Below the pieces are notes generated by a model, which made no database searches, was not told the DNA's origin, and saw only the letters and a program-made list of their open reading frames with translations. DNA of 64,000 nucleotides, taken from positions 160,001-224,000 of the forward strand of contig CAWJKV010000007.1 in the NCBI GenBank assembly GCA_963843555.1, written 5' to 3'. Both the position numbers and the translations under genes were made by a program. Source of the stretch: an uncultured Methanosarcinales archaeon. Lineage in GTDB: Archaea > Halobacteriota > Methanosarcinia > Methanotrichales > Methanotrichaceae. Position 1 is the first letter of the stretch; every line of letters begins with the position of its first letter. Shown one piece after another: positions 53,424 through 63,915 of this stretch.

Positions 53424-54360
53424 ATGTCTCAAGGAAATGTTATGGGAGAGCGGGAGCTGATCCGGCGCATATCGGAGATCCTGGGCGGTGTGGAGAACGA
53501 TGACTGTGCTGTTATTGATGCCGGGGACCGTTATCTTGTAGCCACCACGGACATGCTGCACCAGAAGACCGACTTTCCCGATATCATGAACCCCTGGCAG
53601 ATGGGCTGGATGGCAGTGGCAGTGAACCTGAGCGACATCGCTGCCATGGGTGCAGAGCCTGCGGGCGTGCTCATCGCGGCGGGCCTGCCGCCGGAAGCGG
53701 ATCTTTATTTTATCGATGAGCTTTTCAGCGGATTTGCAGATTGTGCCGCCTTTTACGGCACAAGGATTCTGGGCGGCGACACCGACTCGCATCAGGAGCT
53801 GACCATCACCGGCACGGCCCTGGGTTTCGTGGAGAAGGATCTGGTGCTGCGGCGCAGCGGCGCGCGTGTGGGCGACCTGCTCTGCACGACCGGCGCGCTC
53901 GGCCGCGCAGGCGGAGGGCTGTGGGCCTGGCAGCACGGAGTGGAGAGCGAGTTCATAACAAGTCTGCTGGAGCCCGAGCCCCGGCTGAAAGAGGGTCGGG
54001 CTCTGGCGAAGAGCCGGGCGGTCACGGCCATGATGGACAACAGCGACGGTCTTGGTCTCTCGCTCTCTGATCTATCGGAGGTGAGCCGGGTGGGGTTTGT
54101 GGTGAAGGAGGAGACGTTGCCGGTGGCCAAAGGCCTGGTGGAGATGGTGGGGCACGAAAGAGCTGTTGGAGATGGTGATGAGCGCTGGCGGGGACTTCGA
54201 GCTTGTCTTTACGGTAAAGCCAGAGGCACTGGAGGCGGCCCGGAAGGCGTGCGAGCTGACGGTTATCGGGGTTGTGGTGGAAGAGGGGATCTGGATGGAG
54301 AAGGGAGGCGAGAGGAGACGGATCGAGGCGAAGGGGTACGAGCACAGGATCGGAGAGTGA
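53424..54360 (+). CDS. thiL: Thiamine-monophosphate kinase, frameshift near 54165
   Basis: GERELI, DDCA, NLSDIAAMG, GGD, MDNSDGL, GGDFEL, GYEH. Confidence 0.92.
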
Positions 54361-54451
54361 TTGCGGGAATCTGAACCTATGAGGAATGATGCCTGCAGTT
54401 GATCGAAGTTAGCAAATCTTATCTAGACGAAAAAATTCCACCACTTCTTTC

Positions 54452-54530
54452 GGGGTTCCGCGCGGTGAGACGCGGCCCACCGGCCCACTCAAGGCCGTGG
54501 CGGCCCCCCTGACCCCGCGTTCGCGGGGGA
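54452..54530. repeat. GC-rich multi-hairpin intergenic element; degenerate relative at 61738-61778
   Basis: Stems CCGCG/CGCGG, CCAC-GGCC/GGCC-GTGG, CCCCGC/GCGGGG. Confidence 0.5.
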
Positions 54531-54902
54531 CAATCTGTGAAGCTCTTCCCTTTACGTTTAGACGTTTTTAAGAAGGTCCAGATGAAGCGCTTACATGCCA
54601 TTATTGTGAGAGAATGAACGAGATGCTTGACATCATTGACTAGTTTTATGCCAACGGAGGTGGATTCATTAAAGCTATGCCTCGTGGAAATTTCGCATTA
54701 AGGTAAAAAATTTGGATTCTGAACCGACGAACCAGATATCCGGCATTGATATCTTCCGAACCACATTTCCATTGTTGAAGATCCTTGAGGGTGCGCCATT
54801 ACCTATTCTGCTCCTTCAAGATCGATCCCCATTACCACAGCAGCCCACAACCGGGAGGCGTCGCCGTTTAATTCTCTCGATTCCTGGCATTTACCGTTGG
54901 TT

Positions 54903-55337
54903 TCATGTCGCCTTCACCTTCCCTATCGGCTCCTTTTCCGAAGTCGACGTTGCGTTCCCGGTGGAGACCAGCTCCTCAATCCTCTCCGCCAGCAGTGCTT
55001 CGGGATTCTTCGCAGTCAGATAATGTCCAGCCTTCGCATACCAGAGATATTTCTCATGCTCCAGCGCTTCAGCAGCAGATCGATAAGTTATCCAGTTACC
55101 ATGAAACTGGTAGATGCTCTGCAGCGACTCAAGGATGACTACTATTACGCCCAGAGATCCCGTTACAGCCGGCGTACTCAATCCCGCAGCAAATGGAACC
55201 AGTGCTGCGGCTATGATCTCGACCACCTTGAGCCTCTTAAACCAATCTTGATTCCAGGCGCTCTTTTCGCTGTACCATTTAATCTGGTCTTCCATCCTCT
55301 CCAGTGTTATATTCATGACCATTGCCCTAACCCCCAT
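54903..55337 (-). CDS. DUF4231 / SLATT-like 2TM protein
   Basis: R.EDQIKWY..K, two TM helices, NWITYRSAAEAL.HEK..AGHY, LAERIE. Confidence 0.75.
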   Translation of the reverse strand: MGVRAMVMNITLERMEDQIKWYSEKSAWNQDWFKRLKVVEIIAAALVPFAAGLSTPAVTGSLGVIVVILESLQSIYQFHGNWITYRSAAEALEHEKYLWYAKAGHYLTAKNPEALLAERIEELVSTGNATSTSEKEPIGKVKAT

Positions 55338-55457
55338 AGCTCTAAATAAGACCGCTCGATTTGCGTTTGGATTGCTCGGATTGCTTTGGATTGTTCCTCC
55401 AATCCCTTTGGGCTATCTGAATATATTCTGCTCAGGATTTCAAATCTTCGGAAGAAT

Positions 55458-56393
55458 CTATTTGATCCCGGATTCATTGAACATTGGTGTTGGCCCGGTC
55501 ACCGGCTTCGTCCCAAAATATGGCTCTCTCCTCGCATTAGCAGCCCTGAGCAGCTCTTTGATCTTCTCAGTGTCGCAGGTATCAATCTCGATCAGATTGT
55601 CGCTGCGCAGCAAGCAGGGCTTGATCTTCCCGTCCGAGGTGACGCGAAGACGCGTGCAGTTGGCGCAAAACTCTGTGTTGTCCATTGGCCGGACGACCTC
55701 CACCTCTGCCCCGTCCAGGAAGTACTTCCGGCGTCGGTGCATCGCGCGCGTGCGGATGCTGTCCGCCCGGGCCTGCAGGCCTCGTTCAATGCCTTCGATG
55801 TCTCCCGAGATGCCCAGATTCTTCAGATCGAGAAGCTCGATGAGCTGCAGTATCACGCCCTTCCGGCGGCTAAAATCGATCAATCCCGGGATCTCATGCT
55901 CATTCTTCTTCAAGACCACCACATTCAGTTTGATGGGCTCGAGGCCTGCTCTTTTGGCAGAATCAATTCCTGCCAGGACACTCTCCATGTCTCCAGCTTT
56001 TCCGCCTGTGATGGCACAATAGTTCTCCGGGTTTAGCGAGTCCAGGCTCACATTTACTCTGTCCAGCCCGGCTTTTGCCAGAGATTCGGCCTGATCGGCG
56101 AGAAAGATGCCATTGGTGGTCAAAGAGATATCCAGATCCGGAGGCATTTGCGATATCAAACCAGCCAAATCTTTTCGTAGGAGCGGCTCTCCGCCCGTGA
56201 ACTTCAGGGAGCGAACTCCCAGTTCGGCTGCCGCCCTGGCGACATTCACCACCATCTCGTCCGGGATCTCTTCTTTCGGCCCCACCTCGCCCTCGTGGTG
56301 GCAATAGATGCACTTCAGATTGCAGCGAGGGGTCAGAGCGATCCGCAGGCCCGTTACCGGTCGGCCGAAAGAGTCCACCATCTGGCAGCGCAT
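55458..56393 (-). CDS. moaA: GTP 3',8-cyclase MoaA
   Basis: DSFGR, CNLKCIYCH, TGGEPLLR, FCANCTRLRVT..KPCL. Confidence 0.95.
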   Translation of the reverse strand: MRCQMVDSFGRPVTGLRIALTPRCNLKCIYCHHEGEVGPKEEIPDEMVVNVARAAAELGVRSLKFTGGEPLLRKDLAGLISQMPPDLDISLTTNGIFLADQAESLAKAGLDRVNVSLDSLNPENYCAITGGKAGDMESVLAGIDSAKRAGLEPIKLNVVVLKKNEHEIPGLIDFSRRKGVILQLIELLDLKNLGISGDIEGIERGLQARADSIRTRAMHRRRKYFLDGAEVEVVRPMDNTEFCANCTRLRVTSDGKIKPCLLRSDNLIEIDTCDTEKIKELLRAANARREPYFGTKPVTGPTPMFNESGIK

Positions 56394-56437
56394 TGATGAG
56401 CAGCTTGTATGCTGCTAGTATTAGAACTCTGTTCCAA

Positions 56438-56827
56438 CTAGTATTCTATCTCACCCAGGCTGCGCTTGAGATAGCTGAGCAATATCATGGCCACTATTAT
56501 GCAAACGGCTAGGCCGGAGAGCAGTTCCTCCCCTGATTGGGGCGGGGCCTTCAGGTATATTATGCCACCGGAAAGCAGTGTCAGCATAAGGGTTACAATA
56601 AGCGACACCAGCATGGACCACATAATTGACCCCACTTCGTATCGCTCGAAGAAGGACGCAGAAAGGACGAAGGCGATCGCCGCCAGGATCAGGATTATGG
56701 AGAAACGTAAAGCCGGACCATCTCGGAAAAGCTGGATCAGCCCGAGGGCCAGAACCATCATCACTATTGACAGGAGTCCTGAAGCAAGAAAAGCCTTCAG
56801 AATGTAGTTCTCAAACCGAAACTCCAT
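56438..56827 (-). CDS. Hypothetical 4-TM membrane protein
   Basis: Hydrophobic ORF with GAGG upstream. Confidence 0.7.
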   Translation of the reverse strand: MEFRFENYILKAFLASGLLSIVMMVLALGLIQLFRDGPALRFSIILILAAIAFVLSASFFERYEVGSIMWSMLVSLIVTLMLTLLSGGIIYLKAPPQSGEELLSGLAVCIIVAMILLSYLKRSLGEIEY

Positions 56828-56946
56828 CCTAAACCTCCAGACCTTTATAGAGACTATATTGAATATAAAGATTGTGTTTAGTTGCCTTCAAATAGTTTCG
56901 TATCCGAGTCTTCAAAAGCCAAAATCTTCAAAAAACTAAATTCTAC

Positions 56947-57354
56947 CTATTCAATTCCAGCCTTAATCTCCGCATCCAAAGCCGTCATGACCCGCATATG
57001 TTCATCTTTCAGCATTTCAGCCTTCTCTTTTGCCCCGTCCATGACACTGGACCGGCCCATCATCTCCAGCTCCTTGCTCATCGCCGAAAGGCGCATCGCC
57101 CCCACATAGGCGCTGCTGGACTTCAAGCTGTGAGCTGCCACTTGCAGCCCCTTTGCATCACCCGATTCTACAGCCTGCAAAATTGCTTTTACCTTTTCTG
57201 GCGAATGCTCGATAAAAAGGCCGCCCACCTCAGCAATTATATCTGGATCCCCAACATCCTGCAGCTCCCGCAAGCTGGCCAGCACCTTTCGATCAATAAC
57301 CTCGCAGAAACCTTCTTCTCCTTCCTTCATCTCTAGCACTTCCACTATAACCAC
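56947..57354 (-). CDS. Stand-alone Hpt (histidine phosphotransfer) protein
   Basis: AAHSLKSSSAYVGA..LS..ELE. Confidence 0.88.
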   Translation of the reverse strand: MVIVEVLEMKEGEEGFCEVIDRKVLASLRELQDVGDPDIIAEVGGLFIEHSPEKVKAILQAVESGDAKGLQVAAHSLKSSSAYVGAMRLSAMSKELEMMGRSSVMDGAKEKAEMLKDEHMRVMTALDAEIKAGIE

Positions 57355-57484
57355 AATCCCTTCGATATAGAAGTCTAACTAATTTCGTACTATTTATTCT
57401 TACCTTTTGTCCCTTCTTCCGGCCCTTGATTTTTCAGAAGAAATTCAAATCAGATCGATCATCCATGTCCCTTTGAAAGTTTGA

Positions 57485-57592
57485 AACTTCTTCCGATAGC
57501 GCTAGCAAGCTATCTCATGCTAACGGATTTGCTGACATAGTCGTCCATCACTGCCTCGATGCTCTCGCGAATGGCCTTTAGAAGAACTTCAT
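57485..57592 (-). pseudogene. Remnant of a receiver-domain C-terminus (hybrid kinase/response regulator)
   Basis: Translates AIRESIEAVMDDYVSKSVSMR*LASAI, resembling the receiver consensus RCLEAGMDDYVSKPV. Confidence 0.55.
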
Positions 57593-57626
57593 CCCTTTGC
57601 AGCTAATCTGCTCTGCTCCCCAGCTA

Positions 57627-57922
57627 TTGATGCGGTCATCGCCGAGGTGGAGAGGATATTCGCTACGAGTATCCGCGGCATACTCAATAAATTGAATGCA
57701 TTCCATGATGAAGACTACATTTCATTAGACGGAAACACGAGTCATGGGCCTCTTCGCAGAAAATTATGGAGGACAAGTTTAAAATATATAACGAATATGC
57801 CACTGTTGTGAAAGATGTCGCTGAATATAGTGAACAGATCCTGCTGAAGCTGGATAAGCTTCCTGGGAGACCTCATGCCTAAAATGCTGGAGCGCGGCCA
57901 ACTGGAGCAAATGGCCGGCATT
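57627..57922 (+). pseudogene. Degenerate 3' remnant of a paralog of 57953..58687
   Basis: Aligns by eye with about 58341-58640 (ttgatgcggtcatc..gaggtggaga; gaacagatcctgctgaa.ctggataagct; ggagcaaatggccggcat). Confidence 0.75.
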
Positions 57923-57952
57923 CTACACAGAAAGATCCGAGGGCAAGAGTAC

Positions 57953-58687
57953 GTGGACAGAAAAGAGCTGATTGGACTATTGAGCCTGAATTTAGGCATT
58001 GCTGCAGCCAACATAATTGTCTTCGCAATAATAGGACTGGAGTTTCCCGGGGCCAGTGCATTGGAAACGGCCTTTGGCGGCACAATAATCGTTTTAAGCG
58101 GCGTCGGGTTGACCTACGGCAACTATAAGCTCCTTACCAGAGAGGAGATAATAATTCCACCTCCTGAATGGACGCTGGAATATTGTATTGAAGTGCTGAA
58201 CAATCACCTGGGGCTCAAGACATTCGAAGAAACCATTGGCTTTCTGCTAGACCAGATTGAGCGGCTGAAGAAAAAGAATAGGACTATCCGGGATATCCTT
58301 CAGCAGAAATTCAGCGACTCAGAGATAAGCTACCGGAAATTTGATGCGGTCATCACTGAGGTGGAGAAGATATTCGTCAAGAATATTCGCAGCATCCACA
58401 ATAAAATGAATGCATTCGATGAAGACGACTACAATTCCATCAGAAAGAAATACGAAGCAGGGGCCTTTTCGCAGCAAGTTATGGAGGAAAAATTCAAGGT
58501 CTATGACGAATTCATAACATTCGTGAGGGCTGCCACTGAATATAATGAACAGATCCTGCTGAAACTGGATAAGCTGCTGCTGGAGATATCAGACTTTGAC
58601 GGCGTAGATCCCAGCCAATTGGAGCAAATGGCCGGCATGATCGAGATCGATAATTTGATCAAGCAGGCAAAATACTATAAGAATTGA
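57953..58687 (+). CDS. 2TM + coiled-coil protein of VWA/TelA cassette (XpaC-like position)
   Basis: GTG start, two TM helices, helical C-domain; operon with VWA and TelA genes. Confidence 0.7.
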   Translation: MDRKELIGLLSLNLGIAAANIIVFAIIGLEFPGASALETAFGGTIIVLSGVGLTYGNYKLLTREEIIIPPPEWTLEYCIEVLNNHLGLKTFEETIGFLLDQIERLKKKNRTIRDILQQKFSDSEISYRKFDAVITEVEKIFVKNIRSIHNKMNAFDEDDYNSIRKKYEAGAFSQQVMEEKFKVYDEFITFVRAATEYNEQILLKLDKLLLEISDFDGVDPSQLEQMAGMIEIDNLIKQAKYYKN

Positions 58688-58703
58688 TGGGTGGAGCATA
58701 AAC

Positions 58704-60381
58704 ATGATTGACAAGAGCAACCAGAACGTAATTTTAAAGATAATCGGATTAGCAGTTGCGGTATTTATCTTGATTTTATATAGTTGATGCTATGATAGGG
58801 AGGCCCGGGCCCGATCCTAATCTCCCTCCGGATGAACAGCTGAAGGCCATGATCGGAGAAATAGATGTGAAAACAGTCCCGCATCAGATGGGCAAGGTTG
58901 ATATTCTGCCCCCTGAACTGATCGATATCCTGCCCCCTATCTCCAAATATCCGCCGCAGGTGAACAGCAGCACACCCAGCTACATCGAAATATTTTCCTC
59001 AACCGAAAAAGCGGGCAGCGGTACTGATGGCTGGCTGACAGAGGTGGCCAGAGACTTCAACGACGAAAAAATAATGATCGACGGCAAACCGGTATCGGTA
59101 AGGCTCAGAGGAATCGCTTCCGGGCAAGGTGCCGATTATATTACCTCTGGCAAGTATTTGCCGGATGCCTATACGCCGTCCAATGAACTCTGGGGCGAGA
59201 TTATCAACTCCCGAGGGGTTAAAGCGGAAATGGTGGAAAAGAGACTTGCTGGCAATGTGGCCGGGATCCTGCTCACCAAATCCAAGAAAGACGAGCTGGA
59301 AGCCAAATACGGGGAAATCAATATCGAGACGATTGTGGATGCTGTCGCAAACAAAGAAATGACTATGGGCTACACCAATCCTTTCGCCAGTTCAACAGGG
59401 CTGAACTTCTTGATTTCGACACTGCAGACCCTTGACAGCAATAACTCATTGAGCGATAAAGCAGCAGCAGGATTTGAGAGCTTCCAGTCCAATATTCCCG
59501 TGGTTGCCTATACAACTTTGCAGATGAGGGATGCAGCCAAATCAGGTCTTCTGGATGGTTTCATCCTGGAATACCAGACCTACATGAATACACCGGATAT
59601 CAGGTCCTACGAATTTATTCCCTTTGGAGTCAGACACGACAGCCCAATGTATGCGATCGGCGAGCTATCGGAAGAGAAAAAGAAGATCCTGAATGAATTT
59701 GTTAAATTCTCTCAGCAGGAAAAGTACCAGAACCTGGCCACCAAATATGGCTTTAACGGCCTTAATCAATACAAACCCGAGGCTGATGCAGTCAGTGGCG
59801 ACGTGATCATCCAGGCCCAAAAACTCTGGAAGGAAAAGAAAAACACCAGGAATATCGGCGCCGTCTTTGTGGCTGATGTTTCCGGCAGCATGATGGGCGA
59901 GCCGCTCAATAAACTGAAGGAGTCACTGCGCCAGGGTCAAAAATACATTGGCGAGGACAATCTGATTGGCCTGGTATCATATTCCGATGATGTCAATATC
60001 GATCTGCCCATTGCCAAATTCAATCTGACCCAGAGGTCCCTGTTTGCCGGAGCGGTTGATGACATGCAGGACGGTGGCAGCACGGCAACCTTCGATGGGA
60101 TTGCTGTCGCCATGCAGATGATCCTGGACCAGCAGGCAATAAATCCCAATCTGAAACCGATGATTTTCGTTCTCAGCGACGGCGAAACCAATAGAGGCTA
60201 TTCTCTGAACGATATCAAAGACATAGTTAAGAAACTCGGAATACCAATCTACACAATCGGCTATAATGCAAATATCCCGGCCCTGCAGGAGATCTCCAGC
60301 ATCAATGAGGCTGCCAGTATTAACGCCGATACCGAAGACGTTGTCTATAAACTGGCCAATATGTTTAATGCCGAATTGTAA
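58704..60381 (+). CDS. Membrane-anchored substrate-binding + VWA domain protein (frameshift near 58775)
   Basis: N-terminal TM; NPFASSTG; MIDAS DVSGSM, TATFDG, LSDGE. Confidence 0.85.
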
Positions 60382-60398
60382 TCCTGGGAGGAATTAAG

Positions 60399-61538
60399 AT
60401 GGCCTTTACAATGGAAGTCCCAGATGAAGCGGCGATCAAGAGCGAGGTCATAGAACAGGTCAAGCCGGTACCGGAAGAAGTAGCCCAGCTTCAGGCTGTA
60501 GCGGAAAGCAACGTCGCCGAGATCATGACCATGGATATCGATGAATTTGCCAAGAAGAAGGATATCCTCCAGTCAATCGAGTCTTTTGGGGCTGACTCGA
60601 TGAGAAGATCGGCCGCAAAAAATTCTATGCTGCAGGTTACAGTCGGTAAGCTGTCCAAAGACGGCGATGAAGGCAGCCTTGTGGCAAGAGGTTTAGTGGA
60701 TTTGCAGCGGGAATTGGAAGACCTGGACCCCAGCCTGATTGACTTCACCAAGACCGGCATTCTCGGCAAGCTTTTTGACCCGGTCAGGGCCTATTTTGCC
60801 AAATACCAGAAAGCAGATGCCGTGATTGCAGATATCATTGTCTCTTTGGACAGAGGTAAGACAACTCTGAAAAACGACAATACTACTCTGGAAATCGAAC
60901 AGCAGGGAATGCGCGAATTGACCAAAAAGCTGATGAAAGAGATCCAGCTCGGAAGCCTGATGGACGAATCGATTGAAAAGCAGATCGAGGCGGCCAAAGC
61001 CAGGAATGAAGACCCGGAAAAAGTTAAATTTGTCAGTGAAGAAGTCCTCTTTCCCCTGCGGCAGCGGTTTATGGATATGCAGCAGATGATAGTCGTCAAT
61101 CAGCAGGGCGTAATGGCGACAGAGATTGTTATCAGAAATAACAAGGAACTGATGCGCGGGGTAGAAAGGGCCAAAAATGTGACGATTTCCGCTTTGGGGA
61201 TCTCAGTGATGGTTGCCGAAGCTCTCTATAACCAGAAGATTGTCCTGAAGAAGATTCAAATGCTCAATGAGACCACGAATAATATCATCAGGAGCAACGC
61301 GCAAATGCTGAAGGGACAGGGGGCGGAAATCCAGAAACAATCAATGGAAGCCAATATCTCTGTCGAGACGATGAAGACTGCCTTTGCCGATGTCATGGAA
61401 GCAATGGATTCCATCAGCACCTATAAGCAGGAAGCTCTGCCCAAAATGCGGGATACTATCAATCAGTTCAAGGAATTGGCCGCCATAGGCGAAGAACAGA
61501 TTCAGCAGCTGGAGAAGGGACATAAACTAATGCCATAG
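60399..61538 (+). CDS. telA: Toxic anion resistance protein (TelA family)
   Basis: LDPS, YFAKYQ, L.NDN..L, LRQR..D.QQ, IRNNKEL. Confidence 0.88.
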   Translation: MAFTMEVPDEAAIKSEVIEQVKPVPEEVAQLQAVAESNVAEIMTMDIDEFAKKKDILQSIESFGADSMRRSAAKNSMLQVTVGKLSKDGDEGSLVARGLVDLQRELEDLDPSLIDFTKTGILGKLFDPVRAYFAKYQKADAVIADIIVSLDRGKTTLKNDNTTLEIEQQGMRELTKKLMKEIQLGSLMDESIEKQIEAAKARNEDPEKVKFVSEEVLFPLRQRFMDMQQMIVVNQQGVMATEIVIRNNKELMRGVERAKNVTISALGISVMVAEALYNQKIVLKKIQMLNETTNNIIRSNAQMLKGQGAEIQKQSMEANISVETMKTAFADVMEAMDSISTYKQEALPKMRDTINQFKELAAIGEEQIQQLEKGHKLMP

Positions 61539-61788
61539 CTCTAGAAAGCCGATGCCTGAAGGGCTGCTCAGGCTGGGGCAGAGTTTTATAAATCCTTGGA
61601 TATTCTTCAGGCGGTCCAGGCTCCATTTTTCAGGTTCCTCGAGCTAGTTGAGGGATCAGAGTCAGTAGATCAATCGATCTTTGGAATTGGAACTCTGCTG
61701 CAAGACGGCTGATTGATCCATACCAGCTTCTTTTCAGTGGGTTACGCGCGATTAACGCGGTAGGGTCTGGCCCCCTCAACGATATTGG

Positions 61789-61917
61789 CTATTTAAGCGG
61801 AATTATGACCTTGCCTCCGCTCTTCTGGCAGAAGGATTTGTTCGCCCGGGTCAACCTCCGTCGATTCCCGGTCCCTCTCCAGTATGGATGAGCCAGTATT
61901 CCATGGGCTCTTCCCAT
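61789..61917 (-). pseudogene. Degenerate VOC/glyoxalase fragment
   Basis: PMEYWLIHTGEGPGIDGG and SGGKVIIP resemble 62455..62866. Confidence 0.5.
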
Positions 61918-61927
61918 TTCTGTATCT

Positions 61928-62419
61928 TTATTTTTGCATCTTCTCCAGCAGTTCATCGAGACGGTCATACGAATCCTTGAGACCTTCTTCCATACCACTT
62001 TGGAGCATACCGTCACGGTCTTCAACCGACAGGAAGACGGATTGAGAGACCAGCTTTGTCCTATTGTTCGGCAACTCTTCAAACCTATCTTTTCCGAGGA
62101 TGACATGCCCTGTCTCCGGCAATCCCTCGAACTCGAAGGTGCTGATGATTCGTTCAGGCGGCAAGACCTCGTGATTCACGCCATGAGATGCATACTCATT
62201 GCCTTTTTCATCTCTCTGGATAAATCGATATGAACCACCGTTTCTCGGTTCAAACGTCTCAAGCTTCATTGTGAATCCGCGTGGCCCGAGCCATTGCACA
62301 TAGAGCTCCGGATCGATATGGGCCTTGAAGACGAGTTCTCTTGGTGCATCGAACTCCCGGATGACAATGAACTCTTGCTTTCCAGGCTCTGCTATGAGTG
62401 TCATCTTATTTTTTGTCAT
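61928..62419 (-). CDS. SRPBCC/AHSA1 family protein
   Basis: [29 protein letters not shown]. Confidence 0.9.
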   Translation of the reverse strand: MTKNKMTLIAEPGKQEFIVIREFDAPRELVFKAHIDPELYVQWLGPRGFTMKLETFEPRNGGSYRFIQRDEKGNEYASHGVNHEVLPPERIISTFEFEGLPETGHVILGKDRFEELPNNRTKLVSQSVFLSVEDRDGMLQSGMEEGLKDSYDRLDELLEKMQK

Positions 62420-62454
62420 ACGAGTCCACCTTCATTGATCTCTGGTCTTGACCA

Positions 62455-62866
62455 TCATTGTGCATTCTCATCGCTCTGCATCATGCCAAAGATGTTGCCC
62501 TCGGTATCCTTGCAGTAGGCCAGCCAACCGACGCCTTTTATCGCCATCTTGGGGACGGCTATCCTTCCGCCGGCTTTGAGAGCGCTGTCAACGTGCTCGT
62601 CCAGGTCGGCAACGGACACTGTACAGACAAATGCGTTAACCGGTTGTCCTTCGACTGGGCTCTGGCCCCCGCCGGAACAATAGGCCGCCGTTGATGCCAG
62701 GTTCGGTCTCGGGTCCAGTCGTCACAAGCCAGTAACGATTTTCATCTTTAATCTCGACTCCGGGTATTACCCACTCGGTTATCTCCCAGCCGAAGACATC
62801 TTTATAAAACTTCACAGCCCGTTCGGGATCGGCGGCATGTATCTCAAAATGTACTATTCTGTTCAT
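62455..62866 (-). CDS. VOC/glyoxalase family protein, frameshifted near 62660
   Basis: IVHFEIHAADPERA..FY..VFGW, GINGG; GVGWLAYCKDTEGNIFG in shifted frame. Confidence 0.85.
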
Positions 62867-63058
62867 ACGATTGACATCTCCCGCATAATTTGATCTATTG
62901 TTATCGGTTCGATTGATTTAGCTGCTAGGGTTATACTTATGTCTGATCGTATAAATCTCTACGGATCGATTCAAATCTTTGGCTCTCTCTGTGAGCTTTG
63001 GATCTCTGTGGTTGAAAACGTCTCGAGCACGCTGGTTATAACCAAATGGTTACGGACG

Positions 63059-63142
63059 TTCACCACAAAGGGCCCATGATCCTCAGGCGGGGATCATGCC
63101 CAAAGCATGAAAACCAGTATGCTTTAAGAGTTTTTCATGTGG
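63059..63142. repeat. Structured ~85-bp direct repeat, copy 1, embedded in CACAAAG/CACAGAG short repeats
   Basis: Differs from copy 2 by 4 substitutions and 1 indel. Confidence 0.9.
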
Positions 63143-63270
63143 AGAGCACAAAGCTCACAAAGAACGCACAAAGACGATTTAGCCGGAGCGCTGGGAACGC
63201 AGCGAGGGATAATTGAGTTGGACTCACTGACTGTGGATAAGACCATATACAAAGAGTGTGGAATTTCTAT

Positions 63271-63858
63271 ATGATGAAGCTCACCGCATTTGTATCTGGC
63301 AAAGTCCAGGAGGTCGGCTATCGAGCCAGGATAGTCGATATAGCCAATGCATTTGGCCTCAAGGGCATGGTCGAGAACCAAAAGGATGGCCGGGTGAAGA
63401 TAATAGCCGAGGGCGAGGATGAAAAGCTCAAATGGTTTGAGAGTGCCATAGACATAAAGAATAGCTTGATCTATGTCTCGTCCATAGAAAAGGAGTACTC
63501 TCCTGCAAGCAATGAGTTTGAAAATTTCGGTAAGCTGGTGGTCAAAGGCGAGACAGACACCAGGCTGGACACGGCTGCAGTCTATCTTAAAGAGCTCGTC
63601 TCTGAGGTCAAGAATCTGAATGATAATCTGGGCGGCAAGATGGACCAGATGCTCGATAAGCAGAGACTCTTAATGCTCGGCAGGCAGGATCAAATGATCG
63701 ACAAGCAAGACCAGATGCTCGGCAAGCAGGACGCACTTCTGGATGAAGTTAAGGATATGAACAGGAAGTTCGACAGGGTACTGGAAAATGATATCGTAGA
63801 ATTGAAAAACGATATGGCCGAGGTAAAAGCTGCATTGAGAGAAAAAGGAATTATCTGA
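63271..63858 (+). CDS. Acylphosphatase with C-terminal heptad-repeat coiled coil
   Basis: VSGKVQEVGYR, GMVEN..DG.V; KQDQML repeats. Confidence 0.85.
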   Translation: MMKLTAFVSGKVQEVGYRARIVDIANAFGLKGMVENQKDGRVKIIAEGEDEKLKWFESAIDIKNSLIYVSSIEKEYSPASNEFENFGKLVVKGETDTRLDTAAVYLKELVSEVKNLNDNLGGKMDQMLDKQRLLMLGRQDQMIDKQDQMLGKQDALLDEVKDMNRKFDRVLENDIVELKNDMAEVKAALREKGII

Positions 63859-63915
63859 TAGAAACTGCATGGCTCAGTTTCCATCTGCCTTTGGAAAATA
63901 CTAAGGCTTACGACC

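Noticed and set aside
54452..54530. tRNA gene
   Set aside because: No acceptor stem, T-loop or D-loop consensus.
58704..58792. Sec or Pyl read-through at the in-frame TGA
   Set aside because: Read-through would stay out of frame with the VWA ORF; removing one T restores the gene.
186..62866. Programmed frameshifting or mass pseudogenisation in more than 12 genes
   Set aside because: Shifts hit housekeeping genes (thiL, lhr), are mostly single bases in short runs, show no shared slippery motif and come without accumulated stops. Sequencing or assembly error is more likely; reads would confirm.
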